Below the pieces are notes generated by a model. It saw nothing but the letters and a program-made list of their open reading frames with translations. It was not told the origin of the DNA and searched no databases. The translations under genes and the position numbers were made by a program. From Escherichia phage garuso, in sequence record MN850566.1: 64,000 nt of DNA; one strand, written 5' to 3'. Shown here piece after piece: positions 1-9,549 of the stretch (position 1 is its first letter; the number at the start of each line of letters is the position of its first letter).

Positions 1-2057
1 ATGTTTGTGTTGATAAACAAACTCAAGAGTACTCAGATATGGCTGGACGACTGCTTTTGGGTATTATCTACAAAGAAGCCTTTGGAGGCTTTACTAAGGT
101 TCCTACGCTGGTTACCTTCGTTAAAAATATGGAGAGAGCAGGACTTTGGGAGAAGATGGATTATTCACAGGAAGAGCTTGAATACCTGCAAGGTTACATC
201 GTACACTCAAAAGATATCTCTTACGGTTATGCAGTCTTGAAACAGTTCAGAGACAAGTATGGTATCCGTGATATTAAAACAGGAAGACTTTTTGAGTCAC
301 CACAATTTATGTTTATGGGTATGGCTATGAAAGCCTTTGAGAAGCAACCAAAGCACCGTAGACTGCAAGATGTTATCAAGCTGTACACTTACCTATCTGA
401 CCTGAAGATTAATGCTCCTACGCCTTATTTAAATGGTTTAAGAGCTACTAAATCAGGTTATGCGTCATGCTGTTTGATTAAGGCGAATGATACTGCTGAA
501 TCTCTAGGTATTGCTGCAAAGGTTGCCTATGACATGACCACAAAGCAAGCTGGTATTGGGATGCTGATGGAGACTCGCACTATTGGTGATGGCATCCGTC
601 AAAATACTATTGAACACATGGGTAAGCTGCCTTATTATAAGCTTGTACGTTCATCTGTAGAGGCAAACAAACAGAAGAGTCGTGGTGGTTCAGCTAATAA
701 CTTCTACACTGCTCTAGACCCGCAGATTGAAGATTTACTGCGTTTGAAGCACCCTACAACGGTTCCTTCTAAACGTATTAATGAGATGGACTACTCATTC
801 GGCACAAACGATTATTTCTGGCAGTGTGTTCAGTATGATACAGATTGGTTGCTATTCTCTTACAAAGATGCACCAAAACTCTATGACATGTTCTACACAG
901 CATCTGCTGATGAGTTTGCTATGGCAGTTGGTCACGCAGTACATTCAGGAGTTAAGCACAGACGAGTAAAGGCTCGTGAAATTGCTAAGCTGTTTATTCA
1001 ACAGCGTTATGCTACAGGTCGTGTGTATCCATTCTTCACTAACAATGCAAACACGCATACACCATTTAAAGAGTCATTGAAGATGTCAAATCTTTGTATG
1101 GAAATTGTGTTGCCAGTGTATGGTTTTGAGAAAGAGACAGACCTTTACAGAGATGATGCTGTGAAAGAGGATGGTGAGGTGGCTCTTTGCTTCCTAGCTA
1201 GTTTGGTTGCAGGGAGAATTTCAGAAGATGAATACGCTGACGTTGCTTATTATGCTCTTGCAATGGTTGACTCCGTTATTGACCTTATGGATTATCCGTA
1301 TCCGTCGATGCGTAACCATGTTCAGAAGCGTCGTTCTGTTGGGATTGGCCTTACAAATGTGGCTCATTACCTTGCGAAGAACTACGTGAACTACTCTTCA
1401 CGAGCAGGTAAAACGAAGCTTCATGAGCTTGCTGAAATGCACTCTTACTATCTGCATGAAGCCTCTCTGAGACTTGCTAAAGAGCGTGGTGTTCCAGAGT
1501 ACATGAAGTTCACTAAGTATCCTGAAGGCTGGGTTCCTCCAAAGACAGCTAACAAGAAGATTGATGAAAAGCATGATGCAAAACTAAGATATGATTGGGA
1601 TGACTTAGCACAACGTATCAAAGAGAATGGTGGAATCCGAAACTCTGTATTAGAAGCTTACATGCCTAATGAGAGTTCTTCACTAGCAACTAATACGACA
1701 AATGGCTTGTACCCAATTCGTGACTTTATTTTAACTAAAAAATCTGCAACTGGTAACGTACTGTTTATTGTTCCAGATTATGAAGAGTTGAAGTATGTTT
1801 ATGAAATTGCTTGGGATATTGACACCTTTGATATGATTGATTGTTATGCAATTGTTCAAAAGTTCACTGGTCAAGCTATTTCTTCAGACTTCTATGTTGA
1901 CTATGCAAAGTCTAAGAAGGTATCATTGGCTCAAGCTTTGAAGTACATGATTTATGCCAACTCAGTTGGTATGAAAACCATGTACTACCTTAACAGTCGC
2001 ATTGGTGTAGGTAAATCTGCACTGCAAGATGCTTATTGCGAGGGTTGTGGTGTTTAG
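1..2057 (+). CDS. nrdA: Ribonucleotide reductase class I large (alpha) subunit, 5'-partial (runs off window start)
   Basis: Frame-3 ORF open from nt 3 with no stop before the first in-window ATG at 39; RNR-alpha active-site motif SNLCMEIVLP and C-terminal redox tail CEGCGV; followed by nrdB. Confidence 0.85.
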   Translation, partial: VCVDKQTQEYSDMAGRLLLGIIYKEAFGGFTKVPTLVTFVKNMERAGLWEKMDYSQEELEYLQGYIVHSKDISYGYAVLKQFRDKYGIRDIKTGRLFESPQFMFMGMAMKAFEKQPKHRRLQDVIKLYTYLSDLKINAPTPYLNGLRATKSGYASCCLIKANDTAESLGIAAKVAYDMTTKQAGIGMLMETRTIGDGIRQNTIEHMGKLPYYKLVRSSVEANKQKSRGGSANNFYTALDPQIEDLLRLKHPTTVPSKRINEMDYSFGTNDYFWQCVQYDTDWLLFSYKDAPKLYDMFYTASADEFAMAVGHAVHSGVKHRRVKAREIAKLFIQQRYATGRVYPFFTNNANTHTPFKESLKMSNLCMEIVLPVYGFEKETDLYRDDAVKEDGEVALCFLASLVAGRISEDEYADVAYYALAMVDSVIDLMDYPYPSMRNHVQKRRSVGIGLTNVAHYLAKNYVNYSSRAGKTKLHELAEMHSYYLHEASLRLAKERGVPEYMKFTKYPEGWVPPKTANKKIDEKHDAKLRYDWDDLAQRIKENGGIRNSVLEAYMPNESSSLATNTTNGLYPIRDFILTKKSATGNVLFIVPDYEELKYVYEIAWDIDTFDMIDCYAIVQKFTGQAISSDFYVDYAKSKKVSLAQALKYMIYANSVGMKTMYYLNSRIGVGKSALQDAYCEGCGV

Positions 2058-2112
2058 TTTTAATAACTATGAGGGTCGTAAAAGACCCTCTAAAAATAAC
2101 TTTGGAGAGACC

Positions 2113-2370
2113 ATGAAAGATTTAATAGAAAAACATGAGCGACCTATATACTTGCTCCACAAGCCTCGGAAAACGATGTACTATGTGAGTAGCACAGATA
2201 TGATGATAAAACAAAAGGATGACTCATGGGTTGCTGGTATCTCTTACATCTCCACAGTAGATGGTAAAATCTATGCAAGACCTTATGAGATGTTTAACAA
2301 AGAAAATTGGGAAGTTTTAGACAGAAAACAAGCCTCAGAAATGATAAAGAAAGGAGAAATCACACTATGA
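2113..2370 (+). CDS. Hypothetical protein (85 aa)
   Basis: In-frame ATG at 2113 inside track ORF 2029..2370, preceded by GGAGAG; stop overlaps nrdB start (ATGA). Confidence 0.45.
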   Translation: MKDLIEKHERPIYLLHKPRKTMYYVSSTDMMIKQKDDSWVAGISYISTVDGKIYARPYEMFNKENWEVLDRKQASEMIKKGEITL

Positions 2371-3440
2371 TTAACCAGCACCCAATCTTTTTAGGTGGTG
2401 AGAGAAAAACTTTTGACTCACTCAATAAGCACTACCCAAAAATCTTTGAACTTTATAAACAACAAAAAGCACAAGATTGGTCAGAAGATGAGTTCCCTTT
2501 TGAACAATCACGTCTTGATTTTGAGAGTGTCCCAGCATCAATGTCAGGTGTAATGCTTGAGATTCTTAAGTGGCAATGGGAAGCAGACACTCAAGTTGCT
2601 AAGAGCTTGGCATTTGCCTTTGCACCTTTTATCTCTGATGACATATATGCAACTGCAATTATGAAGCAGTCTGAGATTGAAAACCTACATGCTCTTACTT
2701 ACTCAGAGATTGTAAGGCAATGTATTAAAAACCCTGAAACAATCTTAGATGAGATTAACCAGAATGTTGCTGTGCAAGACCGATTAAAAACTGTGAATCG
2801 TGTTCTTGAAGAATTATTGGATGAAGGGATAAACTACCGACTGAGTTATGTACGTGATTCACTTCTGGACAAAGACCCTTTACACTTCCATAAAGTGATT
2901 CTAAAAGGTCTGTTTGCAGTGACTGCACTTGAAGGTATATCTTTTATGGCATCCTTTGCATGTACCTTTGCACTTGATGCTCAAGATAAATTTCAGGGTA
3001 TTGCTCAAGCTGTCCAGAAGATTATGCTTGACGAAATCCTTCACACTAAAATTGATATTGAAGTTTTAAAAGAAACTTTAAGAGATGATGAGTGGCAGAA
3101 AGCTTTTCAACAGATTCTTCCAGAGATTAAAGTAATCTTAGATGAAGTAGTTGAAAGTGAAGAGAAATGGTCGTATTATATCTTCTCCGAAGGACGTGCT
3201 GTAGTTGGCTTAAATACAAAGCTTCTTCATGAGTGGGTTTACTATAATGCTGCCCCACTGTATGATATGTTTGGCATTCCAAGAGATTTTGTAGCTCCCA
3301 AAGAACCACCTTTGAAGTACATGATTAAGAAGATGGAAATTGATAAAGAGCAGAATGCTAATCAGGAGCAACAGAACGGTGCGTACCTGTTGAATACTGT
3401 TGTAGATGATTTGAATAGTGGATTTTTAGAGGTTCCTTAA
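2367..3440 (+). CDS. nrdB: Ribonucleotide reductase class I small (beta) subunit
   Basis: Ferritin-like R2 features (…ALEGISFMASFACTFAL…, EILHTKIDIE); ATG 2367 preceded by AAAGGAG; track ORF starts upstream at 2307. Confidence 0.85.
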   Translation: MINQHPIFLGGERKTFDSLNKHYPKIFELYKQQKAQDWSEDEFPFEQSRLDFESVPASMSGVMLEILKWQWEADTQVAKSLAFAFAPFISDDIYATAIMKQSEIENLHALTYSEIVRQCIKNPETILDEINQNVAVQDRLKTVNRVLEELLDEGINYRLSYVRDSLLDKDPLHFHKVILKGLFAVTALEGISFMASFACTFALDAQDKFQGIAQAVQKIMLDEILHTKIDIEVLKETLRDDEWQKAFQQILPEIKVILDEVVESEEKWSYYIFSEGRAVVGLNTKLLHEWVYYNAAPLYDMFGIPRDFVAPKEPPLKYMIKKMEIDKEQNANQEQQNGAYLLNTVVDDLNSGFLEVP

Positions 3441-3682
3441 TGACTTATATAATTTACTCCAAAACTGGATGCCCTCAGTGTGAGACTGCAAAGAATTTTG
3501 CAAAAGCTCGTGGTATTGACCATGTTGTGAGAATGTTAGGGCAGGATTATGAACTGTCAGACCTGATGGATATTGCACAGATGCCAGTTCGTCAGATGCC
3601 ATTCATCATGAAAACCGATGGACAAAACCTAAAACCTGTTGGGACGCTACAGAATTTTATGGCAGAGGTGAATAATGCTTAA
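3440..3682 (+). CDS. Glutaredoxin/NrdH-like redoxin (CPQC active site)
   Basis: 80-aa ORF with N-terminal CPQC dithiol motif; start overlaps nrdB stop (TAATGA); sits between nrdB and nrdD. Confidence 0.7.
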   Translation: MTYIIYSKTGCPQCETAKNFAKARGIDHVVRMLGQDYELSDLMDIAQMPVRQMPFIMKTDGQNLKPVGTLQNFMAEVNNA

Positions 3683-3881
3683 ACGCATTTGGGAAGGTTT
3701 GGTTGTTGATGCACCAGCTATTGTGATTGGTATGCTTATTGTTAACCTATTTACTGACTTTGAACAAGGTTCATTGTTTGGAGCCATGTTACTATGGGTT
3801 ATCTTCGAAATATTAGAGATACAGCTAGGCATCACTGAAAAACTAAGAGAAATCTTTGCGAAGTTTTCTAAAAAGATTTAA
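3675..3881 (+). CDS. Small hydrophobic protein (68 aa)
   Basis: Track ORF with predicted membrane helix; followed by intrinsic terminator at about 3888-3910. Confidence 0.35.
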   Translation: MLKRIWEGLVVDAPAIVIGMLIVNLFTDFEQGSLFGAMLLWVIFEILEIQLGITEKLREIFAKFSKKI

Positions 3882-3887
3882 AATGAA

Positions 3888-3910
3888 AGGGTCTCTTCGG
3901 AGACCTTTTT
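3888..3910 (+). terminator. Intrinsic terminator
   Basis: GGTCTC-TTCG-GAGACC hairpin followed by TTTTT. Confidence 0.6.
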
Positions 3911-3929
3911 AGCATGTAAAGGGGCAATA

Positions 3930-6074
3930 ATGAACAAAGTACAGATTATTAAAAAGAATGGCTCACTTGAAGAACCTGATATCAAAAAAGTTTTAGCAGC
4001 AGTCACAAAGTCAGCTAACAGAGTTGGTTATAAAGAGCTTCCACCAGATGTTACTCAAGCTCTTGAGTCAGCATTTATGAGGATTCTGGTAAAGTCCACT
4101 AAGCAGAATAATTTGCTAATTTCGGTAAATGATATTCACAGTATTGTTGAGGGTGCTTTGGCAGAAGTCAATCACGAGATTTATGAGTCTTACTCAACAT
4201 ATAGAAATTACCGTAAAGAGGTTGCTCAAAATTGGGATGAGCTTTACCAAAAGACTAGAGATACACTCTTCTTAGGTGACCGTGAAAATGCTAACTTTGA
4301 CAGCAGTTTAATTTCTACAAAAGGCTCAATTATTCGTGGTTACTTGACTAAAGAAATCTTTAAACAGTACCATTTAACACCAGAGGAACTTGAAGCCATT
4401 GAAAAAGGGTTTATCTACATCCATGATTTAAGAGACCTAATTTTTGGTGGTATCAACTGTTGCCTGTTTGACATCGGTAAAGTACTGAAAGGTGGCTTTG
4501 AAATGTCTGGTATCGAATACTGTGAACCAAAGTCTGTGCTGTCAGCCTTACAGGTTATTGGCGATGTAGTTCTTTCAGCAACTGCACAGCAATTTGGTGG
4601 CTTTACTTTAGCAGAGATTGATAAGGTACTTGTACCGTATGCTAAAAAATCTTTAGTGTACCACTCAGAGAAAGCTGAAGAGTACGGAATACCTAAAGAG
4701 CAACACTATAATTACGTAATGGAGCAATTACAGAATGAGTTAACACAAGGTTTCCAATCTCTTGAAATGAAACTTAACACTGTTCCTTGCAGTCGCGGTG
4801 ATTTTGCATTTACTACTCTGACATTTGGCCTGTTGGAACCAGATATGCACAATGAAGATAACCGTCTTCAGTTTATGATTACCAATACAATCCTTAATGT
4901 AAGGATGAACGGGCAAGGAAAAAGCAAAAAACCTGTTGTGTTTCCTAAACTTGTGTATATCTATGAAGAGACAAGACATAAACTTGATGTATGCCAAGCA
5001 AGGTTGTTTGAAAAAGCTATTGAGTGTTGCTCTAAAGCGATGTATCCAGATTTCTTAAGTGTATCTGGTCATGGTGCTGTAGCAGATGCTTTTAAGCGTT
5101 CTGGTAAGGTGATTTCACCGATGGGTTGCAGAGCTTTCTTATCTCCATATCTTAACGAGAATGGAGAAGAGTTCTATGTTGGTCGTGCTAACATTGGTGC
5201 TGTATCTTTGAACTTGCCAATGATTTACCAGTATTCTAAAGAGAATGGTTTAGATTTCTGGAAAGAGCTTGATAAGTACCTAGAGATGATTCGCAGCTTC
5301 CACAAGAAACGCTACGAAATGATTGCTAACATGCCAGCAAGCTCTAACCCTCTTGCATTCACACAGGGTGGTCTGTACAAAGGGAATAAGAAACCTACTG
5401 ACAAGGTTGGCTGGGATATCGTGAAGTCCTTCACAGCTTCTTTTGGGGTTACTGCGCTTGATGAGCTATCTGTTCTTGCTGAAGGTAAACGACTCCATGA
5501 AGTTGGAAGCTGTAGTTTTGCATATGATGTTCTGGCATACATTAACATGAAAACTGAAGAGTTTAAGAACGAAGATGGCTTCTTGTATGCGGTATATGGC
5601 ACTCCAGCAGAATCACTTTGTGGAACTCAGTTAAAACAGTTCAGAGATATGTTTGGCGTTATTAAAGGTGTCTCTGACAAGGAATACTTTACAAACAGTT
5701 TCCATATGAATGTTGCAGCAGACATCTCACCATTTGAGAAGCAGGACTTAGAAGAGCCATTCTTCCATATCTGTAGAGGTGGTAGAATCCAGTATGTAAG
5801 GGTAGCTAACCCAGAAAACTTAACAGCACTTAAAAGTTGTATTACAAGAGGGATGTTGAAAGGTTTCTATCAGGGGCTTAACTTTGACTTAGCAATCTGT
5901 GAACATTGTGGTAACAGACCAAAGGCTGATGTTGAAGAATGTGAGGTTTGCCATTCACATGATATCTCTGTGATTAACAGGGTGTGCGGGTACTTGTCAT
6001 TCACAAAAATTAAAGGTCAGTCTCGAATGAATGACGCTAAGATGGCAGAAATTAAGGATAGGGTTTCTATGTAA
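3930..6074 (+). CDS. nrdD: Anaerobic ribonucleoside-triphosphate reductase (class III)
   Basis: 714-aa ORF; C-terminal glycyl-radical motif (…VINRVCGYLS…) preceded by Cys-rich Zn ribbon (CEHCGN…CEVCHS); GGGG RBS before ATG. Confidence 0.85.
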   Translation: MNKVQIIKKNGSLEEPDIKKVLAAVTKSANRVGYKELPPDVTQALESAFMRILVKSTKQNNLLISVNDIHSIVEGALAEVNHEIYESYSTYRNYRKEVAQNWDELYQKTRDTLFLGDRENANFDSSLISTKGSIIRGYLTKEIFKQYHLTPEELEAIEKGFIYIHDLRDLIFGGINCCLFDIGKVLKGGFEMSGIEYCEPKSVLSALQVIGDVVLSATAQQFGGFTLAEIDKVLVPYAKKSLVYHSEKAEEYGIPKEQHYNYVMEQLQNELTQGFQSLEMKLNTVPCSRGDFAFTTLTFGLLEPDMHNEDNRLQFMITNTILNVRMNGQGKSKKPVVFPKLVYIYEETRHKLDVCQARLFEKAIECCSKAMYPDFLSVSGHGAVADAFKRSGKVISPMGCRAFLSPYLNENGEEFYVGRANIGAVSLNLPMIYQYSKENGLDFWKELDKYLEMIRSFHKKRYEMIANMPASSNPLAFTQGGLYKGNKKPTDKVGWDIVKSFTASFGVTALDELSVLAEGKRLHEVGSCSFAYDVLAYINMKTEEFKNEDGFLYAVYGTPAESLCGTQLKQFRDMFGVIKGVSDKEYFTNSFHMNVAADISPFEKQDLEEPFFHICRGGRIQYVRVANPENLTALKSCITRGMLKGFYQGLNFDLAICEHCGNRPKADVEECEVCHSHDISVINRVCGYLSFTKIKGQSRMNDAKMAEIKDRVSM

Positions 6075-6136
6075 AACTTGACAAGGTGGTGTGGGTCTTG
6101 ATAGGCTTACATCACCTTTTTATTTGGAGTTACATT

Positions 6137-6472
6137 ATGGACTTGTGGCTTTATGTAGCAGTTTGTGGGATTGTATGTCTGATAATCTTATTTATTCTTG
6201 GAATAATGCGATTTAGAGACATCATACAGTCAGATTTTTTGCCTGAGTTTACCATGATAGTTGGAGTTATTACACTTTGTGTCTTGGCTGTGTTCTATTC
6301 ATACAAAACTGTGATATGGATGGAGGCAAACAATTGTGTAAAAACTCATCAGCATCGTGAGGTTACTCATTTTGTGAGTGTACTTAGTGGTAGCACCACT
6401 ATACTTGTCCCACAAACTTCTGTAGAGTATCTTTACACATGTGATAATGGTAAAACTATATGGTGGAATTAA
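6137..6472 (+). CDS. Membrane protein (111 aa)
   Basis: In-frame ATG at 6137 with GGAG RBS inside track ORF 6086..6472; strongly hydrophobic N-terminal half. Confidence 0.4.
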   Translation: MDLWLYVAVCGIVCLIILFILGIMRFRDIIQSDFLPEFTMIVGVITLCVLAVFYSYKTVIWMEANNCVKTHQHREVTHFVSVLSGSTTILVPQTSVEYLYTCDNGKTIWWN

Positions 6473-6675
6473 CAATGACAACACTCTTAAAAGTATTGAT
6501 ACCCATACTACATATAGCAGTCTTCTTTTTTGGTGTTAGTGTTATGGTATGGGGATTTTCAGACCCACAATGGAGTTTCTCATATCATGGTCAGATGGAT
6601 TTATGGTCATGCTTCAAACCATTTTTAGGGTTAGCTATAGCATTCAGTGCATTACCAACTAAGGTGAAATTATGA
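6460..6675 (+). CDS. Small membrane protein (71 aa)
   Basis: Track ORF; hydrophobic segment; overlaps neighbours by a few nt. Confidence 0.35.
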   Translation: MVELTMTTLLKVLIPILHIAVFFFGVSVMVWGFSDPQWSFSYHGQMDLWSCFKPFLGLAIAFSALPTKVKL

Positions 6676-7067
6676 TTAAGTTGAACCAAAAACAGTTAGA
6701 GTGGATTAAAGATTATGCCTCAGAGTGTGGCTCTTGTGAAAAGAATCACGTAAGGTACTCAACATTCCATACGAACTTCACATTGTATATTGGTGACAAT
6801 GTTCTAAGTGATTCTGTAGAAGATGGTGTAGTATTGCCTAATGAATTACTTGATAAACTAGCTGTAGTCTCTGGAACTTGGTCTGAAGAAGATGGTCACG
6901 AGCTGTCTGATGATGTTGTCTTCTACACCCTTGAAAACATCATGAACCCAGAGTACATTATGCTAATGACTTGCGCACAAGATTGTGTACCATTACAAAA
7001 CTTCATTAAAGAGCACTGTGAAGAATTTATTACTAAACAGGTTCCTTGTCAGGTGGTATTTGAATGA
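6672..7067 (+). CDS. Hypothetical protein (131 aa)
   Basis: Track ORF; start overlaps upstream stop; no recognised motif. Confidence 0.45.
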   Translation: MIKLNQKQLEWIKDYASECGSCEKNHVRYSTFHTNFTLYIGDNVLSDSVEDGVVLPNELLDKLAVVSGTWSEEDGHELSDDVVFYTLENIMNPEYIMLMTCAQDCVPLQNFIKEHCEEFITKQVPCQVVFE

Positions 7068-7363
7068 GTAAAACAATTCGAAGAAAAGGTTTAAAGAACG
7101 TTCATGGACTTTATGAGTGGAGAAATGAGGTACGTAACAGAGAAAATGCTTCAGAGGTCTACTACCACTCTGATATGATGTCTAGAAAAGGTGGCTCTTA
7201 CGACTTCACAAGCCAGCCTTGTAGAGAGATTAAGAAGGCTACTAAACGTCTTACAAGAACACAAATAAGGCAGCTTTCTAAGACATCCTACTTAGATGAA
7301 GACTTTGACATTGATAGCAAGTCTCCAAAGAAAGCTGCTCAGAGCACTTATATGTATTGGTGA
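7064..7363 (+). CDS. Hypothetical protein (99 aa)
   Basis: Track ORF; overlapping start/stop with neighbour. Confidence 0.45.
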   Translation: MSKTIRRKGLKNVHGLYEWRNEVRNRENASEVYYHSDMMSRKGGSYDFTSQPCREIKKATKRLTRTQIRQLSKTSYLDEDFDIDSKSPKKAAQSTYMYW

Positions 7364-7372
7364 GGTAACTAG

Positions 7373-7858
7373 ATGAATTACATGGAGATTCGACCATTTG
7401 ATACAGCTAATGGTGAAGGGGTTCGTGTAAGCCTCTTCGTAGCTGGCTGTAAACATCACTGTGAAGGCTGCTTTAACAGGGAGTCTTGGAAGTTTAATGC
7501 TGGTAAAGTGTTCACTTATGCAAACCTCTACGGCATCATTAAGTTAATGGATGATGATGCTGTCAGTGGGCTGTCAATACTTGGTGGAGAACCTCTGGAT
7601 GATAGAAATATTCAAGAGGTTACCAACATATGCAAACGTATTAAAACCGTTTACCCAGAAAAATCTATCTGGCTCTGGACAGGTTTTCAGTTACACGAAA
7701 AAATTCACCTAGATGTGATGAAATATGTTGACGTGGTGATTGATGGTAAGTATGATTCATCTAAACCAACAGTTAAACCATATCGTGGTTCTGATAACCA
7801 AAACCTCTGGAGAAAAGAGTATGGATGGCAAGGCGATTGTCAATGGCGAGCAGAGTGA
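7373..7858 (+). CDS. nrdG: Anaerobic RNR activating enzyme (radical SAM)
   Basis: 161-aa ORF with CxxxCxxC cluster (VAGCKHHCEGCFN) typical of glycyl-radical activases; downstream of nrdD. Confidence 0.8.
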   Translation: MNYMEIRPFDTANGEGVRVSLFVAGCKHHCEGCFNRESWKFNAGKVFTYANLYGIIKLMDDDAVSGLSILGGEPLDDRNIQEVTNICKRIKTVYPEKSIWLWTGFQLHEKIHLDVMKYVDVVIDGKYDSSKPTVKPYRGSDNQNLWRKEYGWQGDCQWRAE

Positions 7859-8096
7859 TTATTCTGGCAAATGGACTTACGACATCAACAAGTTAGATGC
7901 TTGGATGATTTATACGAGAGAAAAATTTGGTGCAAGTTCATTATGTGCTCTTGCAACGATGGTGAAGAACGTTACCTTTGACATTCATGACTCAGATAAG
8001 TTTGGAGACTTCTACAGGATTCAAAACATCAGAGAAGGCATGACTCCAATTGGTATCACTGAAGAAGAACTTCATAAGTTCTGTATTAAACTTTAA
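7821..8096 (+). CDS. Hypothetical protein (91 aa)
   Basis: In-frame ATG at 7821 inside track ORF 7740..8096 that overlaps the nrdG 3' end; AGAAAAGAG upstream. Confidence 0.4.
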   Translation: MDGKAIVNGEQSDYSGKWTYDINKLDAWMIYTREKFGASSLCALATMVKNVTFDIHDSDKFGDFYRIQNIREGMTPIGITEEELHKFCIKL

Positions 8097-8377
8097 TGAG
8101 AGAGACTAAAATGGGAATTTTAGGTAATATGAAAGCTGGCTTCTTGAAGGCACTGGCAAAAGCAGCAGCAATCATTTCTATGACTGGAAAGCAGGTTGGT
8201 GTAGATGCTTCAGCAGTTGCACAAGTTCTTACAAGCCAAATTGAACAGCAACCTTACATCTACGTAGGCCGTGGCAAAGGTGGTAAAAAACAAGCACATC
8301 GACCAACTGGTGCAGCAGCAATTAAACGTGCAGCTAAAAAAGCTCGTAACCGTAAACGTAATAAGAAGGCTAAATAA
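8096..8377 (+). CDS. Hypothetical protein with Lys/Arg-rich C-terminus (93 aa)
   Basis: Track ORF; C-terminal KRAAKKARNRKRNKKAK. Confidence 0.45.
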   Translation: MRETKMGILGNMKAGFLKALAKAAAIISMTGKQVGVDASAVAQVLTSQIEQQPYIYVGRGKGGKKQAHRPTGAAAIKRAAKKARNRKRNKKAK

Positions 8378-8379
8378 TC

Positions 8380-8700
8380 ATGAGCAAAGTTTATAACACT
8401 CGCAAATTACAGATTTTCGTACTGTGCCAGTTTATGGCTAAAGAATACAACTTCTACTATTGCGGCACAGGTTTTATTAGCGACGATGATGGTTCATACC
8501 TACCATTCAAAGAAGCTGTAAAACTCTTTAATGAAGAGAAAAGCTCTAAGAAAGATATTGAAAAGGTTAAGCTAACTTACAGTAAGAAAGATAAGAAGAT
8601 TATCTGCCTAGATAACTTTGTAAAAGTTACTGGAGAAGCAAAAGAGTTTATGGATGAGAGTGAGATTTCATTCACAAGCATCTTGAAAGTAGCTCAGTAA
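8380..8700 (+). CDS. Hypothetical protein (106 aa)
   Basis: Track ORF; followed by intrinsic terminator at about 8713-8741. Confidence 0.45.
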   Translation: MSKVYNTRKLQIFVLCQFMAKEYNFYYCGTGFISDDDGSYLPFKEAVKLFNEEKSSKKDIEKVKLTYSKKDKKIICLDNFVKVTGEAKEFMDESEISFTSILKVAQ

Positions 8701-8712
8701 ACAGATACTATA

Positions 8713-8741
8713 AGGGAACTGTAAAGGTTCCCTTTTTATTT
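8713..8741 (+). terminator. Intrinsic terminator
   Basis: GGGAAC-TGTAAAG-GTTCCC hairpin followed by TTTTTATTTT. Confidence 0.65.
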
Positions 8742-8751
8742 TGGAGATGAT

Positions 8752-9267
8752 ATGTATCTGTCAAACCTAAAACGTTCTGCTGCAATGTCAGTGCTAAGAC
8801 TCAGCTTTGAGGAACGTCAAGAGTTCATTGACTCCCACCAATACGACCCTTCTAACTCCAATCACATGATTCTCTGGAATCGTGGCAGTACTCGTGAAAG
8901 AGCACTATTCCGTTACTACCCGCATTACACCATAGATAACCTGTATGAATGTTTTGTTGTGAAGAACACCATTACAGTACTTAATAGACTTTGCAGATAC
9001 ACAGGTAGTCAATCCTTCACATTAGGCCACCACAAACCTGTTACAAAGGGTGGTGAGCATCACTGTGCGAACTGGTTTATCCAAACTAAAGCTGATAACC
9101 AGAAGCAAGGAGATAGACTCCTAAGCATCCCTAAGATGACCTATGAAGAGCAAGAGAAATATATCAAAAATAATATGCCAGATGTGCTTGACAACAACTA
9201 TACAGATTTGGCAATATCTCTCCTGTTGAAGTTCGAGACAGTTTATAGGGCAACTTACAATGGCTAA
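8752..9267 (+). CDS. HNH homing endonuclease-like protein
   Basis: 171-aa ORF with HNH-like motif (…GHHKPVTKGGEHHCANWFIQTKADNQKQGDR…); sits between nucleotide-metabolism genes. Confidence 0.55.
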   Translation: MYLSNLKRSAAMSVLRLSFEERQEFIDSHQYDPSNSNHMILWNRGSTRERALFRYYPHYTIDNLYECFVVKNTITVLNRLCRYTGSQSFTLGHHKPVTKGGEHHCANWFIQTKADNQKQGDRLLSIPKMTYEEQEKYIKNNMPDVLDNNYTDLAISLLLKFETVYRATYNG

Positions 9268-9538
9268 AGAGAAGTGGGAGATTTTACCATTAGTCAGTGA
9301 AGGCGGTAATGGTTGTGAAATGTACATGATACGTGGTCATGTTCCAGAACCAATTGCACTTGAGATGGTAAACAACTTTACAGATGGCTCTTACAAAGAC
9401 TTAGGGGAGCCAAATATAAAGCAGCAATGGGTAAAGCCTGTACCAGACAGCACAGGTAACTGTAGTGTACTTTATCACGTTGTAGACCCTGCAAAATGCA
9501 AATCTGCAATGGCAGTAACAAACGTAACTTTTGATTGA
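9260..9538 (+). CDS. Hypothetical protein (92 aa)
   Basis: Track ORF overlapping neighbours. Confidence 0.4.
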   Translation: MAKEKWEILPLVSEGGNGCEMYMIRGHVPEPIALEMVNNFTDGSYKDLGEPNIKQQWVKPVPDSTGNCSVLYHVVDPAKCKSAMAVTNVTFD

Positions 9539-9549
9539 GAGAGAAAACT

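Noticed and set aside
1-240. 79-aa frame-1 ORF at the window start
   Set aside because: Overlaps the nrdA reading frame, which carries the conserved RNR motifs; no independent support.
2071-2090. Hairpin GAGGGTC-GTAAAA-GACCCTC after nrdA as a terminator
   Set aside because: Followed by an A-rich rather than T-rich tract on the + strand, so not a canonical intrinsic terminator.
2367-6074. Group I introns in nrdB or nrdD, as in some T4-type phages
   Set aside because: Both reading frames are continuous across their conserved motifs with no interruption or embedded endonuclease ORF.
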